DNA of 64,000 bases. Origin: Zygnema circumcarinatum SAG 698-1b. Lineage: Eukaryota > Plantae > Zygnematophyceae. Location: assembly GCA_037447605.1 (NCBI GenBank), contig CM074811.1, positions 992,001 to 1,056,000 of the forward strand, given 5' to 3'. A program made the translations under genes and the position numbers. The notes below the pieces were generated by a model. The model had not been told where the DNA came from and ran no database searches. It saw only the letters and a list, made by a program, of their open reading frames with translations. Below, piece by piece: positions 13,757-26,784 of this stretch (its first letter is position 1; every line of letters starts with the position of its first letter).

Positions 13757-14909
13757 CTCTCCCAAACCCAGGCCTCTACATTTAAGGGAATCAGTGTACG
13801 GAATCCCTTAAAATCCCATATGCAAATCCTTGACCCCCCTTAATTTATTTTTTAGGGACGATAAGGGATTGTCGGAGTTGACAGAATCGTACAAAAAATA
13901 GACTATCACTGTTACGGGTTACGGCTGAAACCTCAGTCGCGGTCGGTCAACGCCATGGCGCGAGAAATGGATGTGGCATTGGTCTCTCGATGGCGAGATG
14001 CATGCCATCACATGTGCATGGACAACATCATCATGGGGAACCACGAGGAACTGGTCGCAAAGGAGCCGAAGACAAGGAAAAAGCTAGGAAAATTCTATTC
14101 TCACACCTTTTTTGTTTACACACAGACCTTTTTTCGCCGGGTGGATCTCAAAATAGTAAAAAAAGGATTAACAACAGAAAATGCTCCTTTTACATTTTTT
14201 TGGAATCGAAACACACACGTTTTCCGTCGGGCAGAGTTTTTTTGAGCGGAAGATCCGTCCGCAACGAGTTCGGTCGCGGGTGTGCGTCCTTCGCACGTGC
14301 GGTAAATTCAGCCGTCGATTTTATCTTAGATCGCACCACGGCAGATCACCGTTCGATCTGAAGCCGGGCTCGGTCTTAGCGAATGGCACGCGGCCACGTG
14401 TCACACAGCGCCAGCTTAAAGGTCCTCGTGTGTGACACGTGGGCGCGTGCCATTCGTTGGGACCGAGCCCGGCTGCAGATCGAACGGTGATCTGCCATGG
14501 TGCGATCAGAGATACAATCGACGGCTGAGATGAACCAAACGTGTGAGGGACGCACACCCGCGACCGATCTCGTGGCGGACGGATCTTCCGCTCCGAGCGG
14601 ATTGTAAAAAACTCTGCCCGACGGAAAACGGGTGTGTGTCGATTCCAAAAAAAGCGTGAAAAGAGCATTTTCTGTTGTTAATCCTTTTTTTACTATTTTG
14701 AGATCTGCCCGGCGAAAAAAGGTCTGTGTGTAGACAAAAAAGGTGTGAGAATAGAATTTTCCAAAAGCTAGGGTAGGTTTTGTACGATTAGGTCATCCCC
14801 TACAATCCCTTATTCATCCCTTAAAACAAGGGACACGCAAGAATTTATCTATGGGATTTAAGGGATTTCATACACGTGTTCCCTTAAATGTTGGGGCCTG
14901 TCTGGGAGA
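13757..14909. mobile_element. Older non-autonomous TIR element (~140-bp diverged TIRs) hosting a nested foldback element and a dispersed-repeat copy
   Basis: 13769-13900 (caggcctctacatttaagggaa..aatcccttaaaatcccata..taagggattgt..aatcgtacaaaa) is the imperfect reverse complement of 14771-14900. No TSD is recognisable, so the exact ends are uncertain. Confidence 0.65.
14087..14762. mobile_element. Foldback element, 676 bp, ~320-bp arms, 21-nt loop, GG...CC ends, 8-bp TSD AAAAGCTA
   Basis: It starts ggaaaattctattctcacacc and ends ggtgtgagaatagaattttcc, and the arms pair along almost their whole length. aaaagcta lies at 14079-14086 and 14763-14770. Confidence 0.93.
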
Positions 14910-15864
14910 CTTCCATTTTTTTCCTCGTTGTACGGACAAGTACTGTTGCCGGCGGGCATTTTCGTTGAAATCTCGGGCTGGTCGTCGTTTATGATTGGCG
15001 AAGGTGCCGCGAACATTGAACAGAAAATATGAATATTTAAATATGTCCAACTTCAAGAATAAAAATGTTTTCGGCATCGATCTCATTTTATGGCGCGGCC
15101 GCCAGCGTGGACGGACAAAGGGAAAATGTCAAAACCGATTTGAATGAATAATCAGAGGCAACCCAGGACCAATGAACGAAGTCGTCGTCCGTACCTCCCA
15201 ATCTCACCAGTCCCCTTTTCATTGGACCATTGACCTAGCCATAAATTATTGGCCTTAATTGCGGGGCCGAGTTTAGCTCGTTTCCAACTTAACTCGCGTC
15301 GAGCTACTTTCGAGCCCCTTTATTTTTTACAGTCTGTCTCAACCAATGCGTAGGCGCCACGTGTACGTTTTCTGGGCGCCGCCATTTGCCGCGAGTGCTC
15401 TGATTCTCGTGACTTGGCCTGCCACGTGACTGGCGTTCATTGGTCCTCCATGAGTGCAGGGATATTGGGCGAGTGGAAACTAGAATCTGAGGACGCATCA
15501 AATGACGGACGCCACATCAGCGCAATGGGTTAGCTCCCAGGAGGGTCGAGCGGAGCTGACGTGGCCTCAAGTTGGCCCGGCACACTTGCTCCCGCGGCCG
15601 AGCTGGCAGTTTCGCGATATCCTATTTGGCTGCGCGTTGGCTGACGTGTCACCTGCCGGCGGTGTAAACATCACGACGAGTCGAGTCGAGTCAAGACGAG
15701 TCAAGTCAAGTCAAGTCGAGTTGAGTTAAGTACAGCCTTAATTCAACTCGAGGATTTTTGCGATAAACCAATGGAAAGTCGCTGCCTGCACGCTGACGTG
15801 GACGCGTCGACCGACAAGGCAGCTCTCGTGAGTCCTGGCTTGAGCGATGCTTTGCGAATCGCGA

Positions 15865-15980
15865 TTCGCGACCCTAAATTCTAAACCGTAAAACCCTACA
15901 AACTCTATTAGACCACCTTGAAAAACCTTAACCCTGAAGCCCTACATCCTGCAAACCCTAAGCCCTAAAACCCTAATCCT
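15865..15980 (+). repeat. Degenerate interstitial telomere-like (A/G)CCCTA repeats
   Basis: accctaaa, aaaaccctac, aaccctga, gccctac, aaaccctaagccctaaaaccctaat within ~115 bp. Confidence 0.6.
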
Positions 15981-16853
15981 TCGCCTTTGGCTCAGCCTTC
16001 ATTGAGACAAAGTCAGTGAGAGAGCATGGAACCGAGAGAGGGCGCGTGGCAGTGCCCGCGGGAGGAGGAAGAGAGAGGCCGAGAACGACCCCCATTGACG
16101 AACGGCAAGATTTGTCTCAGGCCCGAGGAAGGCAAAGGCGAGCCAAAGCCAGCTCACCGCGCGGCCCCAACTTGACTCGCCAGCCGGCCCTCGGGCGGGC
16201 GGGCGGGGACGCACGAGTCCATCCGAGCGAACGGCAACTGTACGGCCGGAACTTTTGAAAAGCGACAAAACGGCCGTAATTATTGCCCGCCGGAAACCGG
16301 TCGCTATGCCGGACGGCAGTGGCCTCTGGCGGGCGAGATCCAACGGCTGAGACTGCGCCACGTCATCCCTCTCTTTGCGCCACGTGGCACGTGTCGGAAC
16401 TCCAGCGCGCCGGTCAGCAAATTTCGGCGCCTTTCTTTTTTTACGGCAATCTGCCGCGGAGGGCCGTCGATTCGGGGCGGGATTTTGGCCGATGCCTTTC
16501 GGAAGGAAATTCTGCTTTCGAGGTTTGACTGCTCCACCCTCTCTGTACGGCGGGAGAACATTGGGTGCCAACCATTGGCTCTCTGCCAATGGTTTTTAGT
16601 TTGAGCTACAGTACTGTATTGCTTCCAGAATACTTAACGCTTAACGCTTTATCTATACACCAAACTTCGTCTACGGAGAAACAGACGGAGCGTGTGTCTA
16701 AGCGGTGTCCCTTCCCTATGTCTCGAGCTGCTGCTCTGAGAGCCCCTTCCTTTCTTCCCCTCTATCCAGCACCACTGCAAGCCATAATAATGTCTTCCTA
16801 ACCATCTGAACCCTAAAAACTAGCCAATATCCAACATAGTGTCTCCCCCTCCA

Positions 16854-17336
16854 TCAGGACTCCCCATCAGCTGCTTTCTTCTTAGACTCCATGAGACCAA
16901 GAAGAGGCTCGAGATTCTCCACCACCATTTGCATGGCGGGGCGAGCCTTGGGGTCCTCCCTTAGACAGTGCTTCGCTAACGTGGCAAGCAGGCGGACCAC
17001 GGGGCGGGGGAAAGGTTCGAGCAGTCTCTTGTCAACAATAGCCATCATGTCCTGAGTTCGCCTCTCTATGAAGGGCATGGCCCATGTTGTGAGAGCGAGA
17101 GTCTCGCTGTTCTCCCCGATGCCGACTGCTCTTTTTCCGGTAATCAACTCCAACAGCAGCACTCCGTACGCATAGACATCGCTCTTTTTGGTGAGTCGAC
17201 CTGTTCCCCAAACAGCCACACTCACACAGTGGTTGGTTTTTTCAGCATATGAGAACTCTCTGACAGTCTGATGAACCCTAATCACCTGTGGTCCTCTCAA
17301 GACTGGCAGAAGGGATACGCATATGCGCCCTACTTC

Positions 17337-17392
<56 letters not shown>

Positions 17393-17986
17393 GCTCTCTC
17401 TGCGAGAGGCTCCTATAGGCAGCAGAATAGCCCCATGTGCGGAGCAGAAAGGGAGAGGCCTCTCTCTCTACATCTTTTCGCTCCTCAACCCCTCAACCTG
17501 TCCACACGTCTGCCTAGCCAAAAGCTTTCAATAGACAATTAGAAGAAGGTAGTCGGAAGTTGTTTCTCGGTTCGAGTTATTAGTGTTCTCAGGATGATTT
17601 TTACCTGTCTCTGCATAGCAGGGGTCCAGATACCCCAAAGTGCCCATTATGACAGTGGTCACATGAGTCTTTCCCAGTTGTGGCCCCTCTTTGGCCAGAC
17701 CAAAGTCAGTCAGCTTTACTGAGAAGTTCTGCATGCACCCACAGACTAAGTTTTCCTCATTAAGCTTCGAAGGAACCTTTCAAAAGCCAAAAACCCAGCC
17801 AGGTAGCCGGTCCCTAAAAACTCAGAGAGCAGGTTTAGGGAGTTTTCTCCACACTCTAGGCTTTACATCTTCCCTTCGTTTTACCGGTATCCCAACTTAT
17901 CTCATGTCCGGCTTGTTGCTAACAGTCAGATAAGACATAGGGCAAGGTACAGCTACCAGAAGAAGAAGAAGAAGAAGAAGAAGAAG

Positions 17987-18017
<31 letters not shown>

Positions 18018-20181
18018 CGACATGTGCAGCTCCTGCTTGCAATATGCTGCTGCAGTTCATGGGAGGGACAGCCATGGAATCCTCACCTCATCAAGAAGGA
18101 TATTTGCCGCTTTGAAATCGCGGTGAATAACATTCCGCTTATGGAGATAAGCAAGTCCTCGAGCTGCGCCTAAGGCAATGCACACTCTCTGCTTCCAGGA
18201 CAAAGGTTGCTGCCCTTCACCAGGATCTGCACCATATATGTAGGGCCGTTTAGGGTTTCTAAGCTTATAAGTTCTCCATGTATCCTAGAGAGAGGAGTAC
18301 TGCTCCTGTTGTTTGAGATAGACAGAATTCTGAATTACGACACGGGACTGCTTTACAGGAGTGCGTCGTCCATGGAAACTCTTGACATGTAAACAGTACT
18401 TTAAGCTTGTGTCGAGTAATCTCCCCTAGGAACACCAAAACAAACTTGCAGACCTTCATGGAAGACAGTTCGTGCGAATGGCATCCTCTCCACTCAAAAC
18501 GTTTCGTTAAAGCAGTGGCCTATTCTGCAGGGCCAAAGATTTGACCCTATGAACCTCGTAAACAGCTCGTAAACCATCCACATAATGCTCGACACGAATA
18601 CATCGGCAGTAAAAGCTAGGGCTTCGACAGTCAACATACCTTCAAAAAGGTGGTAATCTAGACTACCAAGACCGACAAACTCATATACGAGAAGTCGCTC
18701 CGCTTCATGGACGCAGTAGCCGAAGAGCTGAACGAGGCTGGGATGGACTACGTTTCCCAAGATCACAATTTCACGCTGTTTGAATAAAGGAAGCCATTCC
18801 CCACCCACCCACACATATTGAGTCTATCGAAGAATGAACTTTCTCGGCTAAACATACAAAAAACAACCTTTGCGGTCCACTCTAATCGCCCTCAACGTAC
18901 CCCTTTCCCTCACTCGCTCCTCCCCTTTCCCTTTTCAAGCCCTCCCATGCGAAGCTGAGTTTGTAAAATTACCAGCCATTCTTGATGCCCTTGATAACCT
19001 TCAGCATTCAGCTTTTTTATGGCCACAGGATAAGGCTTTACAGCCTCTCCCTCCGTCATTGGGAGAAAGCCCTTATAGACCATTCCGAAGCCTCCTTCAC
19101 CGAGAACATATGAAGGGTCGAAATTGTTTGTGGCATCCATCAGTTGCTTGTAGGAAAAGACTTCAAGGCTTGAAACCGGAGAGAGGAGGTGGGTGAAGGT
19201 CGGGGAGTCGGGAGGGGATGGCAAAAGGGCCCCTTCATGTGGCGGAGCGGAACTTTGTCGGATCGAGTGGTGAACCCTTTTAAGAGGTGTACTGACTAAA
19301 AAGTTCAGAAAAAAAAGTGAAAAAAAAAGGCAAGGCGGGGTGAGAAGGGTCAAGGAGCGGCCACGCGCTGATCATAGGAACAGAGAGAGAGTCGGAGTAT
19401 TTGCCAGCAAATGTGGACTGGGGTAATAGCACACGATTTCAAAGTGAATGCACAGCTCTGGCTTCAAAACCTTGAATAGTTTCGCTTTGAAAGAAGGCAA
19501 TCAAGTCTGCTGGACTCTTCAATGCCACCACGAATGCAGGGCATGCCGCACCCCTGTATGGTATGTATCGTACTCTCTTACTTGGCTTCTCTCTCTCTCT
19601 CTTCCCTTCTCTCTTTCTCCCTTTCAACCTTTTGTTCCCGACAAACCTCCACTGGCTGCTCCGCATAAGAAAGCGTAGACTCTTCATAAACTCTTCACTC
19701 TTCTTTCCACCTTTCATTTATAACATCCTCAATCATAAAAAGCCGCGATTTTAGCTGCCGACTCACTTAGCCGAAGCTGAAAAGGAGAGGGGACTCAGGA
19801 ACAAAATTCAGCATTAAAAAAAAAGGGAAATTACAGTTTGTGCAGCTGAAGCAGGAGACACAGTGCGCAGGAAGCCTACAGAAGAGCCAGGACACAGAGA
19901 GGAAGGGGAAAAAAATGATGCTTGACAGATAACTGTTCGCGGAGCACCATTGGACTTGGCCGAGCCAGTCGACGCAATCATTCAAATGCATTTAGTTGCT
20001 GAAACTCGGGTTGAGATTTGACTTTGGGAACACATTCAGCAAACGCTTGCCTTCCTTCCTGCCTGTACCCTTCGCAAAGACGTGCTTTTCTGCGTCAAAG
20101 TGAATCAAAATGGGAGCAAGCCTCACCGTATTTGTCTGCAACAGCTCCAGCGCTGTTCAAACAAGACGGTCCGGTCCCCAT
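16854..20181 (-). CDS. RLCK-VII/PBL-like kinase (copy B), 6 exons, 374 aa
   Basis: Exons 20181-20127 (MGTGPSC...), 19295-18973, 18775-18640, 18226-18087, 17728-17605, 17200-16854 (sum 1125 nt). Motifs: [39 protein letters not shown]. Intron positions are identical to copy A. Confidence 0.9.
17958..18015 (+). repeat. (AGA)n microsatellite in a kinase B intron
   Basis: About 19 uninterrupted AGA units. Confidence 0.95.
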
Positions 20182-22449
20182 TGAGCGCTCCTGGCAGGGC
20201 GTTGAAAGCTGCCTCCAAACAAAGCATGAGAAAAAACCCTAAGGATGGACGCAGAAGGCGATGTCTGGATTCAAGTACCCTCTTCCGGACAGCCTGCTTG
20301 CCGGGTGCTACCCGCCTCCATGCGCTGCCGCTCTTGGATGCAATCTGCTAGTGATGAGGACTCCTCTTTCCCGACTCTCTCTCTCTCTACGGCTCTCTTC
20401 GCCTTCGCTCGCCGCTGTCCAAGAACGCCAGTTCAGTTCCTGCACCTCTGCCGCCTCCCCCCTCCCTCTCACTCTCTCTCTCCCTCTCCCTCCCTCTCCC
20501 TCTCTCTCTTCCTCTCACGCTCCGCCACCCCCCCTCCAACGTCTTAGGGCGGGTCGCCATTTGGAAAAAGTTAAGCCAGCTACCCTCAGCCAATCACGGG
20601 TCGCCATGTCACGTGACACACTGATTGGCCCAATGTCTCCCGTACGGTACCCCAAGTGCAGTCCCGCCCGCCCCCGCTCGCTGGCAAATTTGAAATCGTC
20701 ACCGTACGCCAAATCCAGCCTGTTCGTACAGTGTTCGTACCATTCCACAGTATTTATTTCGCGAATTTTCGCAAATGTTCGTACGAATATGTACAAGTAT
20801 TCATTCTGATACTTGTATGGGACCACGATACGGACGGGCATACCGTACGATCGCAGGTTTAGGGGCAGGTGAATTTTTTTTGTTGGTACGAATATGTCGG
20901 TGGCACGTTCCTTGGACTCACATTCAGCATTCAGAATTGGGTGAAATGCCCTACTGCAGCTGACGTGGCGCAGAAAAGACAAATTTTTTTATTCTGGCCT
21001 TGGCGAGAAAATCAGAAAAATAAACGATACCCGAATATCAAAAAATCTAATCTAAATCCGAATCACCGCTATATGTCAGACCTTTGCTCGAAAAAACTCG
21101 TCCGTAGAACTGACGACAAAACTGGAAACTAAAAAAGAGTAAGTACCGCTTTTCGCTTTTTTTATCGCATAATTATACTTATTCTACATCACGACATAAT
21201 TTATAACTGGAGAAAAACCTCCAGTTCGATTTTTGCGAGGTCTGACAGCCCTCGGACTTGCCCAGCCCTGTCGGCAAATCAAAATAAGTTTTGAATTATT
21301 CCGCGGATGTGCCGCCAGCTGGCCCGCTAACCGCCAAACCGTTCAGTGACTGCCGTTTGTCTTATTTGGGGGGACCGCCGAGTGGCACGTGGATTTTGCC
21401 GCTGCCGGCTACCGTACGTCCGTACATACCCTCGCAGGGCGGCCCATCCGGCCAAGATGGCTGGCGATCGGCCGCAGCCAAGCCTTGGTCTGGTTCGTTC
21501 GTACAGTATTTGTACGGACTGGCTTCTAGTTGTGGTACTACCGGAGATGGGGTGGAAAATGGAGAGGCCTTTGGAGGGAAGGAACTGATCTCTAGAGAGG
21601 GACGGAGAGGAGAGGGCGAGGAGCTTTTAAAATATGAGCGCATCCACAAATTAAGGTGAGAGAGAGAAAGGTGATGCGAACCTCCTCCGTCGATCCAGGC
21701 TCGTATCTAAAGTTTGGAAAGCGAGCGGGCGAGAGGAAATGAGAACCACTTGCTTGGATTCTGGTGCGCACCCTAAGGGACGCATCCAGAATATGCAATG
21801 CTCGTGAAATTGATCGTCGACAAGGATCACCTGAACCTTGTGTATATGACGCTGTTTCTATTAGTCAAATGTTGACTGACCTGCTAAAAACTGGCTAAAG
21901 GACCCTACGACGCTCTTCACTGTTTTGGCAACAGGATGCGATTGTTACCAAGGTGACTGTGGAACCGTAAGGGACACCAATTGCTGCTCGCACACTACAA
22001 GGGAGGGCAAGGGAGAGGGGAGAGCGACAGGAAGATTTCCCTGCCGCAAAAGAAGGGTAGAATCAAAAGCCTTTGTTTCTACCATGCAGTACTTTTTGTA
22101 AGCTAATTCCTATAAAGAATTCCCCGTCTAAGATGATAACTAGGGCAGAAAGACTCCACACCCTCGCTCTCCTCTCTTAAAAAGGAAAAATCTGGCGCTC
22201 GACAAGAAATAAAACCGTTGCATCTACATCTTCGTTCTACGGAAAAATATTGCACATGGACCACATGAACACCCATACATAAACTGTAAGCTCCCGTTTC
22301 TATCTATATAGCCTATAGCCAATACTTCTTAAAAGGTCTAAGAACTCTTCAAGAGTTTAAAAAAAGCGAATTCCGCACATTGCTAATCCCAGAATACAAC
22401 ATAAACAAGTTGGAGCAGAGCAACCCCTCCCTATCTCCCTCTCCAGTCC

Positions 22450-25400
22450 CTACCTATCTCCCTCCCATCCCTCTTTCCGTTCCTCCCTCGAGCTGCGTAT
22501 CCGAAGTGCCCGCGATTTCAAAAGGGGCTCTAAGTTATCTACCATCACCTGCATGTCGGGACGGACCTTGGGATCCAATTGGAGGCAGTACCTTGCTGAC
22601 GTGGCAATTACCCGGGCCACGGATCTGGGAAAAGGCTGCGGCAATTTCTTGTCGAGAATTACATTCACATCTTGTCTCCGGTTTTCTATGAAGGGCTGCG
22701 CCCACTTAGCGAGTGAGATAGGTCTTCCATCTTCCCCAAGTCCCATTGCCTTCCTCCCCGTAATCAACTCCAGAAGCACCACACCGTATGCATACACGTC
22801 GCTCCTTTTGGTCAGTTGACCTGTTCATCAAGACACGCCCCCACCCGCCCTCCACCCAAAACACTTCCCTCACAGTTACATCGAACTCTAGGATGTAAGA
22901 AACAGTAAACTCCACATCAGTTATTCAGACACCTTCAAGTCCCAATTGGTCGTCCTCGCCCATACAGCAGCACTGATGCGGACCACGCTTCTTCTCCCTC
23001 TCTCTCCCTCTCTCTCCCCCTCCCTCCCCCATCCCCCTCTCTCCACTGTTTCTCTCTCGCGCGCGGGCATATCCTTTCCTTTCCGTTTGCTGCTCCTGTA
23101 CGTCTCTTTCCCCCGTTCACTTACCCCATCTCCCACCCTATGCAAAAACAAATTACACCTGACTACAAAATCATTTCTGTGTACATCATCGCAAGGGGCT
23201 GTATGATCCAGAGATTCAGACATGCACGACACAACATGATTCTAAACCTTCCTATACAGTGTACCAAGTGATGCGGTTTCACGAACCCTGCAACTATATT
23301 GAAAGGCAGTACAAAAGACCCCAAAAGAAGGACAAGCGCAAGTCCTCTCCAACTTGTTGCATCTCACCTGTTTGAGCATAGCAAGGGTCCAAGTATCCCA
23401 GAGTGCCCATAATAGCCGTGGAGACATGAGTCTTTCCCCCACTATCCTTCGCTAACCCGAAGTCTGCAAGCTTTGCATCATAGTCCTGCACCCTCCGTCA
23501 ACATTCTGTCAAAACTAGACTCCGTGTTCCGCTTCTTAAAGGTCGAACTACACAAGTTAGAAGAAATAGCACGCTACTTTCAGGTTAACCGAGGATCTGA
23601 CTATCGTTTGATCTTTGTGATCTAGACAAGCAAAGGTAGAAGCAAAGGTAGTAAGTGTAAGTCCATGATTTATGTTCCAGGTTTTGAGAAAGCTTGATAC
23701 GAAAGTAATTGGTTGTGTAGCTATCCAATTCACTTCTAACGTTTGAGCAACACCTCAGCATACGATAGACACTTGAATGGTCTTATGAAGATGGAGGAGG
23801 ATTGACTTTTCGGTGTGTTCAGGAGGAGTACAGCTGACAGAAATATGAGTCTTTACAAAACAGACAAATTCTCAAACGACTTGCCTTGTAATATGTGCAC
23901 TGGACACAACTAGGAACAATTTGAACAGCGACCATGAGAGCGTGACAAGGCGAATACCAAGGGATAGGGGCACAACCTCGGTCAGCAAAATGTTGGCCGC
24001 CTTAAAGTCACGGTGAATGACGTCATTCTGGTGAAGGAATGCAAGGCCTCGCGCAGCCCCGACTGCAATGCTGAGTCGTTCCTCCCAGTGCAAAATTGGA
24101 ATTTTTTCAGGATCTGCAAAAGGAGCAGTATCTTGAGGTCATCAGCATGATGCAGCGATCACTTTTGTTTGGATTAACTCTCGGTCGCCGGAGCCATCAC
24201 CGAGTTGAAGTCACCACTTCAATCCCAGACATCAAACTCTCAGCAATATGTTTCAATGTGCTGTTATTTCACCGTAGAAATGACAACAAATCTAACAGTA
24301 CATACATAGCGCATTATCTGACACATCACCATAAGCCGAGTCACCGTGTGCAATATCACTGGTGTGATTCTCATTGCCATGACTGCAGCTGGATATTCCA
24401 TTCTCGTTCGTAGGATGCACGGATGACTACAGAAAATGGCAGGCAGAAAGCAGAAAGGTAACCTTCACTCACCTTTGGTGAACAGGTGGTAGTCAAGTGA
24501 CCGCAAGGGCACATATTCGTACACAAGTGAGCCCTCTCCCTCCTTACAGTAGCCAAGAAGTCGGACCAAGTTAGGGTGGAGTAGTCTTCCAAGGAAAACA
24601 ATTTCTGTCTGTACAGCCAATTCAAGGATGCTCCAGAAAGTTATGTTCATTTCAATCTGCAGACAGATACACTGTTTAATTGTTGAAATTACTTAGACGA
24701 TACCGATTTCTCGAATCGCTGTTCAGTTATTCCAATCAAACTGACTGTGTCCCTACCGATGAGAAAGTTGGAGAAGTCACCATATTGCCTTCTTACCACA
24801 GAAAAGAAATGATCGTTTCTCTCGCCTCAACTTGAAGAAACACACTATGCATCTCTCGTTTACACTTTTAGTAAGGCTCTTTCTCGGCAATTCCTCATTC
24901 TGAAAACAGGGTGTGCTGAGCAAACGAGGCAAGATAAGCATTATCAGCAGGATTTCTAGATCACTTCCTTCCACACTTACCAGCCATTCATGAGTACCCT
25001 GAACAGCCTCTGGCGACAGATTCTTCACCGCCACAGACACCAAATCACCATCATTATCCCTCATCTTTCCGTGGTACACCTTTCCAAAACCACCTTCTCC
25101 CAACACAGTCTTGTCACTGAAGTTCTGTGTAGCTTCTGACAGCTCCCTTTCTGTGAAGATGCGAAGTCCAGTTTCTGGCATGTTCAACAGTGGAGGTTGA
25201 AGCTCGGCCCTGCCGTCTCCAAAGAATCCGGAGGAGCGATTGGTTGGAGTTCTGGGTGGAGTGAGTAGATTTGGATTCCAACGATGGGAGGGGGTTCGGG
25301 GTGGTGTGATAGGCATAGGACTCTTGTTGTGGGAGGGAGTTCGAGGTGGAGTGAGAGGAGTGGGACTTCCAGGACGGGGAGAGGTTGGAGGAAAGGTCGC

Positions 25401-26784
25401 ATGGGCAGGATTAACGCCACCTTTGCTCTCGTCTCCATTAGCAGACTCGTCGAGGTCAGTGTGTGCCCCTATGATGCAAAGCAGGACAATAAGTCATGTC
25501 GACGAATGCCTGGGCGTACGGGCGCACTCTAAATCAGGGGATGATGCTATGAAGGTACAATGGATGTGTGAAAGTGTCTGTTATTATGTAGATACGTGAA
25601 AGAAAAAGGCACACAGTAAAGTGACATTAGCGGCTAACAGTCTAACTCGTCAACATTTGAATCAAAGTGGTCGTGACGGGCTTTTGCTAACATTCATGCG
25701 ATCGACACATTCGACAGTTGATGACTGCTCTGCGTTCTGTTTCACGCGGTATATGCCTAATGGCAGAAGGACGAGCACAATGGAATTCCATGAATTGCCA
25801 CGTTACGACGATGCGACAGGGGAAAACAGAGAGCAGCGTCGTGGAGTAAGGAGCAACAAAACCAAGATAAAAAGAAAAGGACTACTGATGATTTTCATGA
25901 ATGACAGCTTAGAGCAAAGTTTGCGCAAATTGCTGTCACGAGCCTATATACTAAGAAATTATACAGAAGGAAAGCCAAAAATATATGCAGGTACACCACG
26001 GAGTCGGTTTGGTGTACGCAAGAGAAAAAAGCCTGCGAGACCTTGGGCAATAACCAGTCGCACTTTGCTCTTGGCCTGGCAGCGATTGCATGCAGGGTGG
26101 TCATCCTTAAGAATAAGCACATACGACGACCATAGGGCCAATAACTACAGTCCTAAAATAATTGAACGTGACTTGAGAGGGAGAAATGCGAGATGCCAGC
26201 AAACAGGAATAGATAATTGAACAAACTATCCAACAGCTGTGCATTCAACCTTAGAACTCGTCGACTAGGAAAAACAGAGAGATATCTTTGTTGAGGTTCG
26301 AGAAAAGCCTAAAATCTGCCAAGCAAATAAAAAAGCACACGACCCAGGCAGAGAACGAGCTGATTCTTATTCGAAAAAAATCATTAATTGACTCGAACAT
26401 TTGAACAATGCGTACTCTGACAAGAGAAATGTCCTCTACGAATGGAGTATCACACTACTCTGCATCTAAAGACATTACAAGTTCTTAACCTATATAACAA
26501 AGGGGTTCTATGGAGGGAAAAGTCAGTAAATGCCAGTTGAGGTCCTTCGTCGTCGTTATCCTTCCAGGAGAAACCGAAAGAAAAATTCTCTACTATTAAT
26601 CAAACGAAAGCATGAGCAGCGCGTGCACTTGTAGCCTTCAACAGCATGCTGGAAAACACAAAACTTCACTTCTTTTCAACAGATCTCATTCTGCACAAAC
26701 CCAAATGAGGTATAAAACAGTACCTCCTTTACTGGCCTGCCGAGCATCATCTTGGAAGCTTTCTAATGAGACACAGGCCCCCAT
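22450..26784 (-). CDS. RLCK-VII/PBL-like kinase (copy C), 6 exons, 436 aa, with a Pro/Thr-rich N-terminal extension
   Basis: Exons 26784-26724 (MGACVS...), 25468-24981, 24608-24473, 24113-23977, 23485-23368, 22820-22450 (sum 1311 nt). Motifs: [34 protein letters not shown]. Confidence 0.9.

Noticed and set aside
13955-14668. Paired ORFs on opposite strands, also at 29795-30843
   Set aside because: Mirror-image translations of foldback arms; not transposases.
15252-15745. gccttaatt direct repeats flanking ~480 bp as a 9-bp TSD
   Set aside because: The enclosed ends are not convincing inverted repeats.
21070-21250. Short inverted repeat tgtcagacct...aggtctgaca (similar small IR at 49773-49874)
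   Set aside because: Too short and no TSD; cannot be supported as an element.
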